Positions 12,602 to 26,907 of a stretch of 64,000 nt of DNA are shown piece by piece. The position numbers and the translations under genes are program-made. The stretch comes from the human T2T-CHM13v2.0 reference genome, Homo sapiens. The notes under the pieces are model-generated. The model saw nothing but the letters and a program-made list of their open reading frames with translations. It searched no databases and was not told where the DNA came from. The stretch lies in the NCBI RefSeq assembly GCF_009914755.1, contig NC_060948.1; one strand, written 5' to 3'. How positions within the stretch are numbered: position 1 is the stretch's first letter; every line of letters starts with the position of its first letter.

Positions 12602-15600
12602 GGCCTGGAATAAAGTGGAATGCTACGGTCTCGAATGGAATAAAAATGTATGGAATGGAATGCAATGAAACGGAATCGAATGTCATAGAATGTAATGGAA
12701 TGCAAAAAAATGGAATCCAAAATCATTGACTGGAAAGGCTGGGTGTCGAAAGGAATTGACTCCAATGGAATGGAATCGAATGGAATGGAAGTGAATAGAA
12801 TCGAACTAAATCGAATGGAATGGAATTGATAGGAACGGAATGGAAAGGAATGCAATGATTTGGCATGGAATGGAATCGAATGGCATCGAATGGAATGGAA
12901 TGGAATGCAATGGAATGGAATGTATTAGAATGTAATGAACTTTAATGGAATGTACTCGAATGGATTCGACTGGAATGGAATGTTCTGGAAGTGAATGGAC
13001 TCCAATGGAATGGATTCAAAAGGAATGGAATCGTACGGAATGGAATCTAATGGAATGGAATTAAATGGAAATGAATCAAATTGAATAGCACGGAATTGAA
13101 TTGAATGGAATGGAATGCAATGGAATCTAATGAAACGGAAAGGAAAGTAATGGAATGGAATGGAATGGGCTGGAATGGAAAGGAATCGAAACGAATGGAA
13201 TGGAATCGAAGTGAAGAGACTGGAATGGAATGCACTGGAATGGAAGGGAGTGTAATGGAAGGTTCTCGAAAAAAATGGAATCGAATGGAATGGAATTGAA
13301 TGGAACGGAATAGAGTCGAATGGAATTGAATGGAATGGAATGGACTAGAGTGAAATGGAATCGAACCACAAGGAATGGACAGGAATAGAATGGTCTCGAA
13401 TTGAATGGAATCGTATGGAATGGCATCAAACGGAATGGAATGGACAGCCACGGAATGGAATGCACTCGAATGCAATGGAGTCGAAACTAATGGACTGGAA
13501 TAGAATGGACTCGACTGGTACGGACTCCAATGGAATGGAATCGAATGGAAGGGAATCGAACGGAATGGAATCGAACGGAATGGACTCGAAGGGAAAAGAC
13601 TGCAATGGAAAGGTCTCGAATGGAATGGAAATTAATGGAATGGAATGGAATCGAATGAAATGGAGTCAAAAGGAATGGAATCGAATGGCAAGAAATCGAA
13701 TGTAATGGAATCGCCAGGAATTGATGTGAACGGAACGGAATGGAATGGAATCCAAAGGAATGGAATAGAATGGAATGGAATCGAATGGAAAGGACTCGAA
13801 TGGAAATCACTCGAATAGAATGCAATTTAATAAAATAGGATCAAATGTAATGGAATGGAATGGAAAGGAATCGAAACGAAAGGAATGGAGACAGATGGAA
13901 TGGAATGGAACAGAGAGCAATGGTATAGAATGGAATGGAATCATCTGGAATGGAATTGAATGGAATGGAATAATATGAAATGGAATGGAATGGAATGGAA
14001 TGGAATGCCCTTGAATTAAATGGACTGGAATGGAATGGACTCAAACAGAGTGGAATGGAAAGTGTGGAGATAGAATGGAATGAACTCCTTTGGAATGGTG
14101 TAGTATGCAATGCAATCGACTGGCAGGGAATCAAAAGGAATGTAATCGAATGGATTGGACTGGAATGCAATGGACTCGAATAGATTGGAAAAGGAATGCA
14201 AAGGAATGGAATGGAATAGTATGGAATGCAATGGAAGGGAATGGAGTGGAATAGACTAGAGTGGAATGGAATGGACTGGAAAGCAATGGACTGGAATGGA
14301 ACTTTCTTGGATGGACTGGAATCAAACGGAATGGAATGCAATGCAATCAAATGGCATGGAATAAAATAGAATGAAAGAGAATCAAATGGAATTGAATCGA
14401 ATGGAATCGAATGGATTGGAAAGGAATAGAATGGAATGGAATGGAATTGACTCAAATGGAATGGACTAGAATGGAATGGATTCGAACGGAAGGCAAAGGA
14501 ATGGAATCTATTGGAATGGACTGTAATGGAATGGAATGGAAGGGATTGGAATGGACTCGAATGGAATGGACTGCAATAGAAAGGATTCGAATGGAATGAA
14601 AAAGAATTGAATGGAATAGAACAGAATGGAATCAAATCGAATGAAATGGAATGGAATAGAAAGGAATGGAATGAAATGGAATGGAAAGGATTCGAATGGA
14701 ATGCAATCGAATGGAATGGAATCGAACGGAATGGAATAAAATGGAAGAAAACTGGCAAGAAATGGAATCGAAATGAATGGAGTGTTATGGAACGGACTCA
14801 AAAGGAATTGAATGTAATAGAATGGAGTGGAGTGGACTCGAATATAATGGACTGGAATGGAATGAAATCACATGGAATGGGAACGAATGGAATGGAATGG
14901 AAAGGAATGGAATCGAATGGAAAGGAATCGAATGGAAGGGAATGAAATTGAATCAACACGAATGGAAGGGAATAGAATAGACTGTAATGGAATGGACTCG
15001 AATAGAATGGACACGAATGCTCAAATTAAATGGACTCGAATGGAATGGAAACGAAAGGAATGTCATCGAATGGAATTGAATCGATTGGAATGAAATCGCA
15101 TAGAATGGAGTGGAATCAAATGGAATTGAATCGAAAGGAAAGGAAGCGAATGGACTGAAATGAAATGGAATGGAATTGAATGGAAAGTAATGCAATGGAA
15201 TAGAATGGAACGAAATTTCACGGAATGGAATCAAACTGAATGGAATCAAATCAATGGAATCAAATCAAATGGAATGGAAAGGAATTGAATGGAGTAGATG
15301 GGATTGGATGGGATTGGAATGAAATGTACTGGAAAGGACTCGAATTTCATGAAACGGAATGGAATGAATTGGAACGGAATGGACTCGAATGGAATGGAAT
15401 GTCATGGGATGGCATCAAATGGAATGACATCAAATGGAATGGAATCGAATGCAATGGAATGCTATGGAATGGAATGGAATGCATTGGAATGGAATGTCCG
15501 CTAATGGAATGGAATCGAGTGGAATGGAATTGAATATAATGGAGTCGAATGAAATGGAATTGAAAGGAATGGGATCGAATACAATGGAATATACTGGAAT

Positions 15601-16180
15601 GTAACGTAATGAACTCGAATGTAATTGACTGGAATGGAATGTACATGAATGGAATGTAATCGAATGGAAAGTAATCCAATGGAATAGAATCTAATGCAAT
15701 AAAATCGACTCAGATAGAGTAGAATGTAATGGAATGGAGTGCAGTGCAATGGAATGGAATGGAATGCAATGGAATGGAATGGAATGGAATGGAATGGAAT
15801 GGAATGGAATGGAATGGGATGGAATGGTATGGAATGGATAGTAATGGACTGGAGTGAAATGGACTGGAAAGGAATGGACTCAAATTGAAAGGGCTCGAAA
15901 GGAATGGAGTCAAATGGAATGGTCTGGAATGGAATGAACACGAATGTAATGCAACCCAATAGAATGGAATCGAATGGCATGGAATATAAAGAAATGGAAT
16001 CGAAGAGAATGGAAACAAATGGAATGGAATTGAATGGAATGGAATTGAATGGAATGGGAACGAATGGAGTGAAATTGTATGCAGTAGAAGAGAATAGAAT
16101 GGAATGCAAGCGAAAGGAAAGGAATGGATTGGAATGGAATGGAATTCATTGGAATGGAAGGGAATGTAGTGTAATGGACA
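12602..16180 (+). repeat. DYZ1 monomer H4, 3579 bp
   Basis: GGCC to GGCC; 14-pentamer tract at 15747. Confidence 0.92.
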
Positions 16181-19100
16181 GGCCTGGAATAAAGTGGAAT
16201 GCTACGGTCTCGAATGGAATAAAAATGTATGGAATGGAATGCAATGAAACGGAATCAAATGTCATAGAATGTAATGGAATGCAAAAAAATGGAATCCAAA
16301 ATCATTGACTGGAAAGGCTGGGTGTCGAAAGGAATTGACTCCAATGGAATGGAATCGAATGGAATGGAAGTGAATAGAATCGAACTAAATCGAATGGAAT
16401 GGAATTGATAGGAACGGAATGGAAAGGAATGCAATGATTTGGCATGGAATGGAATCGAATGGCATCGAATGGAATGGAATGGAATGCAATGGAATGGAAT
16501 GTATTAGAATGTAATGAACTTTAATGGAATGTACTCGAATGGATTCGACTGGAATGGAATGTTCTGGAAGTGAATGGACTCCAATGGAATGGATTCAAAA
16601 GGAATGGAATCGTACGGAATGGAATCTAATGGAATGGAATTAAATGGAAATGAATCAAATTGAATAGCACGGAATTGAATTGAATGGAATGGAATGCAAT
16701 GGAATCTAATGAAACGGAAAGGAAAGGAATGGAATGGAATGGAATGGGCTGGAATGGAAAGGAATCGAAACGAATGGAATGGAATCGAAGTGAAGAGACT
16801 GGAATGGAATGCACTGGAATGGAAGGGAGTGTAATGCAAGGTTCTCGAAAAAAATGGAATCGAATGGAATGGAATTGAATGGAACGTAATAGAGTCGAAT
16901 GGAATTGAATGGAATGGAATGGACTAGAGTGAAATGGAATCGAACCACAAGGAATGGACAGGAATAGAATGGTCTCGAATTGAATGGAATCGTATGGAAT
17001 GGCATCAAACGGAATGGAATGGACAGCCACGGAATGGAATGCACTCGAATGCAATGGAGTCGAAACTAATGGACTGGAATAGAATGGACTCGACTGGTAC
17101 GGACTCCAATGGAATGGAATCGAATGGAAGGGAATCGAACGGAAGGGAATCGAACGGAATGGACTCGAAGGGAAAAGACTGCAATGGAAAGGTCTCGAAT
17201 GGAATGGAAATTAATGGAATGGAATGGAATCGAATGAAATGGAGTCAAAAGGAATGGAATCGAATGGCAAGAAATCGAATGTAATGGAATCGCCAGGAAT
17301 TGATGTGAAGGGAACGGAATGGAATGGGATCCAAAGGAATGGAATAGAATGGAATGGAATCGAATGGAAAGGACTCGAATGGAAATCACTCGAATAGAAT
17401 GCAATTTGATAAAATAGGATCAAATGGAATGGAATGGAATGGAAAGGAATCGAAACGAAAGGAATGGAGACAGATGGAATGGAATGGAACAGAGAGCAAT
17501 GGTATAGAATGGAATGGAATCATCTGGAATGGAATTGAATGGAATGGAATAATATGAAATGGAATGGAATGGAATGGAATGGAATGCCCTTGAATTAAAT
17601 GGACTGGAATGGAATGGACTCAAACAGAGTGGAATGGAAAGTGTGGAGATAGAATGGAATGAACTCCTTTGGAATGGTGTAGTATGCAATGCAATCGACT
17701 GGCAGGGAATCAAAAGGAATGTAATCGAATGGATTGGACTGGAATGCAATGGACTCGAATAGATTGGAAACGGAATGCAAAGGAATGGAATGGAATAGTA
17801 TGGAATGCAATGGAAGGGAATGGAGTGGAATAGACTAGAGTGGAATGGAATGGACTGGAAAGCAATGGACTGGAATGGAACTTTCTTGGATGGATTGGAA
17901 TCAAACGGAATGGAATGCAATGCAATCAAATGGCATGGAATAAAATAGAATGAAAGAGAATCAAATGGAATTGAATCGAATGGAATCGAATGGATTGGAA
18001 AGGAATAGAATGGAATGGAATGGAATTGACTCAAATGGAATGGACTAGAATGGAATGGATTCGAATGGAAGGCAAAGGAATGGAATCTATTGGAATGGAC
18101 TGTAATGGAATGGAATGGAAGGGATTGGAATGGACTCGAATGGAATGGACTGCAATAGAAAGGATTCGAATGGAATGAAAAAGAATTGAATGGAATAGAA
18201 CAGAATGGAATCAAATCGAATGAAATGGAATGGAATAGAAAGGAATGGAATGAAATGGAATGGAAAGGATTCGAATGGAATGCAATCGAATGGAATGGAA
18301 TCGAACGGAATGGAATAAAATGGAAGAAAACTGGCAAGAAATGGAATCGAAATGAATGGAGTGTTATGGAACGGACTCAAAAGGAATTGAATGTAATAGA
18401 ATTGAGTGGAGTGGACTCGAATATAATGGACTGGAATGGAATGAAATCACATGGAATGGGAACGAATGGAATGGAATGGAAAGGAATGGAATCGAATGGA
18501 AAGGAATCGAATGGAAGGGAATGAAATTGAATCAACAGGAATGGAAGGGAATAGAATAGACGGTAATGGAATGGACTCGAATAGAATGGACACGAATGCT
18601 CAAATTAAATGGACTCGAATGGAATGGAAACGAAAGGAATGTCATCGAATGGAATTGAATCGATTGGAATGAAATCGCATAGAATGGAGTGGAATCAAAT
18701 GGAATTGAATCGAAAGGAAAGGAAGCGAATGGACTGAAATGAAATGGAATGGAATTGAATGGAAAGTAATGCAATGGAATAGAATGGAACGAAATTTCAC
18801 GGAATGGAATCAAACTGAATGGAATCAAATCAATGGAATCAAATCAAATGGAATGGAAAGGAATTGAATGGAGTAGATGGGATTGGATGGGATTGGAATG
18901 AAATGTACTGGAAAGGACTCGAATTTCATGAAACGGAATGGAATGAATTGGAACGGAATGGACTCGAATGGAATGGAATGTCATGGGATGGCATCTAATG
19001 GAATGACATCAAATGGAATGGAATCGAATGCAATGGAATGCTATGGAATGGAATGGAATGCATTGGAATGGAATGTCCGCTAATGGAATGGATTCGAGTG

Positions 19101-19759
19101 GAATGGAATTGAATATAATGGAGTCGAATGAAATGGAATTGAAAGGAATGGGATCGAATACAATGGAATATACTGGAATGTAACGTAATGAACTCGAATG
19201 TAATTGACTGGAATGGAATGTACATGAATGGAATGTAATCGAATGGAAAGTAATCCAATGGAATAGAATCTAATGCAATAAAATCGACTCAGATAGAGTA
19301 GAATGTAATGGAATGGAGTGCAGTGCAATGGAATGGAATGGAATGGAATGCAATGGAATTGAATGGAATGGAATGGAATGGAATGGAATGGAATGGGATG
19401 GAATGGTATGGAATGGATAGTAATGGACTGGAGTGAAATGGACTGGAAAGGAATGGACTCAAATTGAAAGGGCTCGAAAGGAATGGAGTCAAATGGAATG
19501 GTCTGGAATGGAATGAACACGAATGTAATGCAACCCAATAGAATGGAATCGAATGGCATGGAATATAAAGAAATGGAATCGAAGAGAATGGAAACAAATG
19601 GAATGGAATTGAATGGAATGGAATTGAATGGAATGGGAACGAATGGAGTGAAATTGTATGCAGTAGAAGAGAATAGAATGGAATGCAAGCGAAAGGAAAG
19701 GAATGGATTGGAATGGAATGGAATTCATTGGAATGGAAGGGAATGTAGTGTAATGGACA
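16181..19759 (+). repeat. DYZ1 monomer H5, 3579 bp (rich in private variants, unique BamHI site)
   Basis: GGCC to GGCC; 14-pentamer tract at 19326; GGATCC at 17327. Confidence 0.92.
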
Positions 19760-22700
19760 GGCCTGGAATAAAGTGGAATGCTACGGTCTCGAATGGAATA
19801 AAAATGTATGGAATGGAATGCAATGAAACGGAATCGAATGTCATAGAATGTAATGGAATGCAAAAAAATGGAATCCAAAATCATTGACTGGAAAGGCTGG
19901 GTGTCGAAAGGAATTGACTCCAATGGAATGGAATCGAATGGAATGGAAGTGAATAGAATCGAACTAAATCGAATGGAATGGAATTGATAGGAACGGAATG
20001 GAAAGGAATGCAATGATTTGGCATGGAATGGAATCGAATGGCATCGAATGGAATGGAATGGAATGCAATGGAATGGAATGTATTAGAATGTAATGAACTT
20101 TAATGGAATGTACTCGAATGGATTCGACTGGAATGGAATGTTCTGGAAGTGAATGGACTCCAATGGAATGGATTCAAAAGGAATGGAATCGTACGGAATG
20201 GAATCTAATGGAATGGAATTAAATGGAAATGAATCAAATTGAATAGCACGGAATTGAATTGAATGGAATGGAATGCAATGGAATCTAATGAAACGGAAAG
20301 GAAAGGAATGGAATGGAATGGAATGGGCTGGAATGGAAAGGAATCGAAACGAATGGAATGGAATCGAACTGAAGAGACTGGAATGGAATGCACTGGAATG
20401 GAAGGGAGTGTAATGGAAGGTTCTCGAAAAAAATGGAATCGAATGGAATGGAATTGAATGGAACGGAATAGAGTCGAATGGAATTGAATGGAATGGAATG
20501 GACTAGAGTGAAATGGAATCGAACCACAAGGAATGGACAGGAATAGAATGGTCTCGAATTGAATGGAATCGTATGGAATGGCATCAAACGGAATGGAATG
20601 GACAGCCACGGAATGGAATGCACTCGAATGCAATGGAGTCGAAACTAATGGACTGGAATAGAATGGACTCGACTGGTACGGACTCCAATGGAATGGAATC
20701 GAATGGAAGGGAATCGAACGGAAGGGAATCGAACGGAATGGACTCGAAGGGAAAAGACTGCAATGGAAAGGTCTCGAATGGAATGGAAATTAATGGAATG
20801 GAATGGAATCGAATGAAATGGAGTCAAAAGGAATGGAATCGAATGGCAAGAAATCGAATGTAATGGAATCGCCAGGAATTGATGTGAACGGAACGGAATG
20901 GAATGGAATCCAAAGGAATGGAATAGAATGGAATGGAATCGAATGGAAAGGACTCGAATGGAAATCACTCGAATAGAATGCAATTTAATAAAATAGGATC
21001 AAATGTAATGGAATGGAATGGAAAGGAATCGAAACGAAAGGAATGGAGACAGATGGAATGGAATGGAACAGAGAGCAATGGTATAGAATGGAATGGAATC
21101 ATCTGGAATGGAATTGAATGGAATGGAATAATATGAAATGGAATGGAATGGAATGGAATGGAATGCCCTTGAATTAAATGGACTGGAATGGAATGGACTC
21201 AAACAGAGTGGAATGGAAAGTGTGGAGATAGAATGGAATGAACTCCTTTGGAATGGTGTAGTATGCAATGCAATCGACTGGCAGGGAATCAAAAGGAATG
21301 TAATCGAATGGATTGGACTGGAATGCAATGGACTCGAATAGATTGGAAACGGAATGCAAAGGAATGGAATGGAATAGTATGGAATGCAATGGAAGGGAAT
21401 GGAGTGGAATAGACTAGAGTGGAATGGAATGGACTGGAAAGCAATGGACTGGAATGGAACTTTCTTGGATGGACTGGAACCAAACGGAATGGAATGCAAT
21501 GCAATCAAATGGCATGGAATAAAATAGAATGAAAGAGAATCAAATGGAATTGAATCGAATGGAATCGAATGGATTGGAAAGGAATAGAATGGAATGGAAT
21601 GGAATTGACTCAAATGGAATGGACTAGAATGGAATGGATTCGAATGGAAGGCAAAGGAATGGAATCTATTGGAATGGACTGTAATGGAATGGAATGGAAG
21701 GGATTGGAATGGACTCGAATGGAATGGACTGCAATAGAAAGGATTCGAATGGAATGAAAAAGAATTGAATGGAATAGAACAGAATGGAATCAAATCGAAT
21801 GAAATGGAATGGAATAGAAAGGAATGGAATGAAATGGAATGGAAAGGATTCGAATGTAATGCAATCGAATGGAATGGAATCGAACGGAATGGAATAAAAT
21901 GGAAGAAAACTGGCAAGAAATGGAATCGAAATGAATGGAGTGTTATGGAACGGACTCAAAAGGAATTGAATGTAATAGAATGGAGTGGAGTGGACTCGAA
22001 TATAATGGACTGGAATGGAATGAAATCACATGGAATGGGAACGAATGGAATGGAATGGAAAGGAATGGAATCGAATGGAAAGGAATCGAATGGAAGGGAA
22101 TGAAATTGAATCAACAGGAATGGAAGGGAATAGAATAGACTGTAATGGAATGGACTCGAATAGAATGGACACGAATGCTCAAATTGAATGGACTCGAATG
22201 GAATGGAAACGAAAGGAATGTCATCGAATGGAATTGAATCGATTGGAATGAAATCGCATAGAATGGAGTGGAATCAAATGGAATTGAATCGAAAGGAAAG
22301 GAAGCGAATGGACTGAAATGAAATGGAATGGAATTGAATGGAAAGTAATGCAATGGAATAGAATGGAACGAAATTTCACGGAATGGAATCAAACTGAATG
22401 GAATCAAATCAATGGAATCAAATCAAATGGAATGGAAAGGAATTGAATGGAGTAGATGGGATTGGATGGGATTGGAATGAAATGTACTGGAAAGGACTCG
22501 AATTTCATGAAACGGAATGGAATGAATTGGAACGGAATGGACTCGAATGGAATGGAATGTCATGGGATGGCATCAAATGGAATGGCATCAAATGGAATGG
22601 AATCGAATGCAATGGAATGCTATGGAATGGAATGGAATGCATTGGAATGGAATGTCCTCTAATGGAATGGATTCGAGTGGAATGGAATTGAATATAATGG

Positions 22701-23323
22701 AGTCGAATGAAATGGAATTGAAAGGAATGGGATCGAATACAATGGAATATACTGGAATGTAACGTAATGAACTCGAATGTAATTGACTGGAATGGAATGT
22801 ACATGAATGGAATGTAATCGAATGGAAAGTAATCCAATGGAATAGAATCTAATGCAATAAAATCGACTCAGATAGAGTAGAATGTAATGGAATGGAGTGC
22901 AGTGCAATGGAATGGAATGCAATGGAATGGAATGGAATGGAATGGAATGGAATGGAATGGAATGGAATGGAATGGGATGGAATGGTATGGAATGGATAGT
23001 AATGGACTGGAGTGAAATGGACTGGAAAGGAATGGACTCAAATTGAAAGGGCTCGAAAGGAATGGAGTCAAATGGAATGGTCTGGAATGGAATGAACACG
23101 AATGTAATGCAACCCAATAGAATGGAATCGAATGGCATGGAATATAAAGAAATGGAATCGAAGAGAATGGAAACAAATGGAATGGAATTGAATGGAATGG
23201 GAACGAATGGAGTGAAATTGTATGCAGTAGAAGAGAATAGAATGGAATGCAAGCGAAAGGAAAGGAATGGATTGGAATGGAATGGAATTCATTGGAATGG
23301 AAGGGAATGTAGTGTAATGGACA
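19760..23323 (+). repeat. DYZ1 monomer H6, 3564 bp
   Basis: GGCC to GGCC; 14-pentamer tract at 22905; 15-bp deletion near 23185. Confidence 0.92.
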
Positions 23324-26300
23324 GGCCTGGAATAAAGTGGAATGCTACGGTCTCGAATGGAATAAAAATGTATGGAATGGAATGCAATGAAACGGAATCG
23401 AATGTCATAGAATGTAATGGAATGCAAAAAAATGGAATCCAAAATCATTGACTGGAAAGGCTGGGTGTCGAAAGGAATTGACTCCAATGGAATGGAATCG
23501 AATGGAATGGAAGTGAATAGAATCGAACTAAATCGAATGGAATGGAATTGATAGGAACGGAATGGAAAGGAATGCAATGATTTGGCATGGAATGGAATCG
23601 AATGGCATCGAATGGAATGGAATGGAATGCAATGGAATGGAATGTATTAGAATGTAATGAACTTTAATGGAATGTACTCGAATGGATTCGACTGGAATGG
23701 AATGTTCTGGAAGTGAATGGACTCCAATGGAATGGATTCAAAAGGAATGGAATCGTACGGAATGGAATCTAATGGAATGGAATTAAATGGAAATGAATCA
23801 AATTGAATAGCACGGAATTGAATTGAATGGAATGGAATGCAATGGAATCTAATGAAACGGAAAGGAAAGGAATGGAATGGAATGGAATGGGCTGGAATGG
23901 AAAGGAATCGAAACGAATGGAATGGAATCGAAGTGAAGAGACTGGAATGGAATGCACTGGAATGGAAGGGAGTGTAATGGAAGGTTCTCGAAAAAAATGG
24001 AATCGAATGGAATGGAATTGAATGGAACGGAATAGAGTCGAATGGAATTGAATGGAATGGAATGGACTAGAGTGAAATGGAATCGAACCACAAGGAATGG
24101 ACAGGAATAGAATGGTCTCGAATTGAATGGAATCGTATGGAATGGCATCAAACGGAATGGAATGGACAGCCACGGAATGGAATGCACTCGAATGCAATGG
24201 AGTCGAAACAAATGGACTGGAATAGAATGGACTCGACTGGTACGGACTCCAATGGAATGGAATCGAATGGAAGGGAATCGAACGGAAGGGAATCGAACGG
24301 AATGGACTCGAAGGGAAAAGACTGCAATGGAAAGGTCTCGAATGGAATGGAAATTAATGGAATGGAATGGAATCGAATGAAATGGAGTCAAAAGGAATGG
24401 AATCGAATGGCAAGAAATCGAATGTAATGGAATCGCCAGGAATTGATGTGAACGGAACGGAATGGAATGGAATCCAAAGGAATGGAATAGAATGGAATGG
24501 AATCGAATGGAAAGGACTCGAATGGAAATCACTCGAATAGAATGCAATTTAATAAAATAGGATCAAATGTAATGGAATGGAATGGAAAGGAATCGAAACG
24601 AAAGGAATGGAGACAGATGGAATGGAATGGAACAGAGAGCAATGGTATAGAATGGAATGGAATCATCTGGAATGGAATTGAATGGAATGGAATAATATGA
24701 AATGGAATGGAATGGAATGGAATGGAATGCCCTTGAATTAAAAGGACTGGAATGGAATGGACTCAAACAGAGTGGAATGGAAAGTGTGGAGATAGAATGG
24801 AATGAACTCCTTTGGAATGGTGTAGTATGCAATGCAATCGACTGGCAGGGAATCAAAAGGAATGTAATCGAATGGATTGGACTGGAATGCAATGGACTCG
24901 AATAGATTGGAAACGGAATGCAAAGGAATGGAATGGAATAGTATGGAATGCAATGGAAGGGAATGGAGTGGAATAGACTAGAGTGGAATGGAATGGACTG
25001 GAAAGCAATGGACTGGAATGGAACTTTCTTGGATGGACTGGAACCAAACGGAATGGAATGCAATGCAATCAAATGGCATGGAATAAAATAGAATGAAAGA
25101 GAATCAAATGGAATTGAATCGAATGGAATCGAATGGATTGGAAAGGAATAGAATGGAATGGAATGGAATTGACTCAAATGGAATGGACTAGAATGGAATG
25201 GATTCGAATGGAAGGCAAAGGAATGGAATCTATTGGAATGGACTGTAATGGAATGGAATGGAAGGGATTGGAATGGACTCGAATGGAATGGACTGCAATA
25301 GAAAGGATTCGAATGGAATGAAAAAGAATTGAATGGAATAGAACAGAATGGAATCAAATCGAATGAAATGGAATGGAATAGAAAGGAATGGAATGAAATG
25401 GAATGGAAAGGATTCGAATGGAATGCAATCGAATGGAATGGAATCGAACGGAATGGAATAAAATGGAAGAAAACTGGCAAGAAATGGAATCGAAATGAAT
25501 GGAGTGTTATGGAACGGACTCAAAAGGAATTGAATGTAATAGAATGGAGTGGAGTGGACTCGAATATAATGGACTGGAATGGAATGAAATCACATGGAAT
25601 GGGAACGAATGGAATGGAATGGAAAGGAATGGAATCGAATGGAAAGGAATCGAATGGAAGGGAATGAAATTGAATCAACAGGAATGGAAGGGAATAGAAT
25701 AGACTGTAATGGAATGGACTCGAATAGAATGGACACGAATGCTCAAATTAAATGGACTCGAATGGAATGGAAACGAAAGGAATGTCATCGAATGGAATTG
25801 AATCGATTGGAATGAAATCGCATAGAATGGAGTGGAATCAAATGGAATTGAATCGAAAGGAAAGGAAGCGAATGGACTGAAATGAAATGGAATGGAATTG
25901 AATGGAAAGTAATGCAATGGAATAGAATGGAACGAAATTTCACGGAATGGAATCAAACTGAATGGAATCAAATCAATGGAATCAAATCAAATGGAATGGA
26001 AAGGAATTGAATGGAGTAGATGGGATTGGATGGGATTGGAATGAAATGTACTGGAAAGGACTCGAATTTCATGAAACGGAATGGAATGAATTGGAACGGA
26101 ATGGACTCGAATGGAATGGAATGTCATGGGATGGCATCAAATGGAATGGCATCAAATGGAATGGAATCGAATGCAATGGAATGCTATGGAATGGAATGGA
26201 ATGCATTGGAATGGAATGTCCTCTAATGGAATGGATTCGAGTGGAATGGAATTGAATATAATGGAGTCGAATGAAATGGAATTGAAAGGAATGGGATCGA

Positions 26301-26907
26301 ATACAATGGAATATACTGGAATGTAACGTAATGAACTGGAATGTAATTGACTGGAATGGAATGTACATGAATGGAATGTAATCGAATGGAAAGTAATCCA
26401 ATGGAATAGAATCTAATGCAATAAAATCGACTCAGATAGAGTAGAATGTAATGGAATGGAGTGCAGTGCAATGGAATGGAATGGAATGGAATGCAATGGA
26501 ATGGAATGGAATGGAATGCAATGGAATGGAATGTAATGGAATGGGATGGAATGGTATGGAATGGATAGTAATGGACTGGAGTGAAATGGACTGGAAAGGA
26601 ATGGACTCAAATTGAAAGGGCTCGAAAGGTATGGAGTGAAATGGAATGGTCTGGAATGGAATGAACACGAATGTAATGCAACCCAATAGAATGGAATCGA
26701 ATGGCATGGAATATAAAGAAATGGAATCGAAGAGAATGGAAACAAATGGAATGGAATTGAATGGAATGGAATTGAATGGAATGGGAACGAATGGAGTGAA
26801 ATTGTATGCAGTAGAAGAGAATAGAATGGAATGCAAGCGAAAGGAAAGGAATGGATTGGAATGGAATGGAATTCATTGGAATGGAAGGGAATGTAGTGTA
26901 ATGGACA
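23324..26907 (+). repeat. DYZ1 monomer H7, 3584 bp
   Basis: GGCC to GGCC; 15-pentamer tract at 26469 with a TAATG interruption. Confidence 0.92.
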
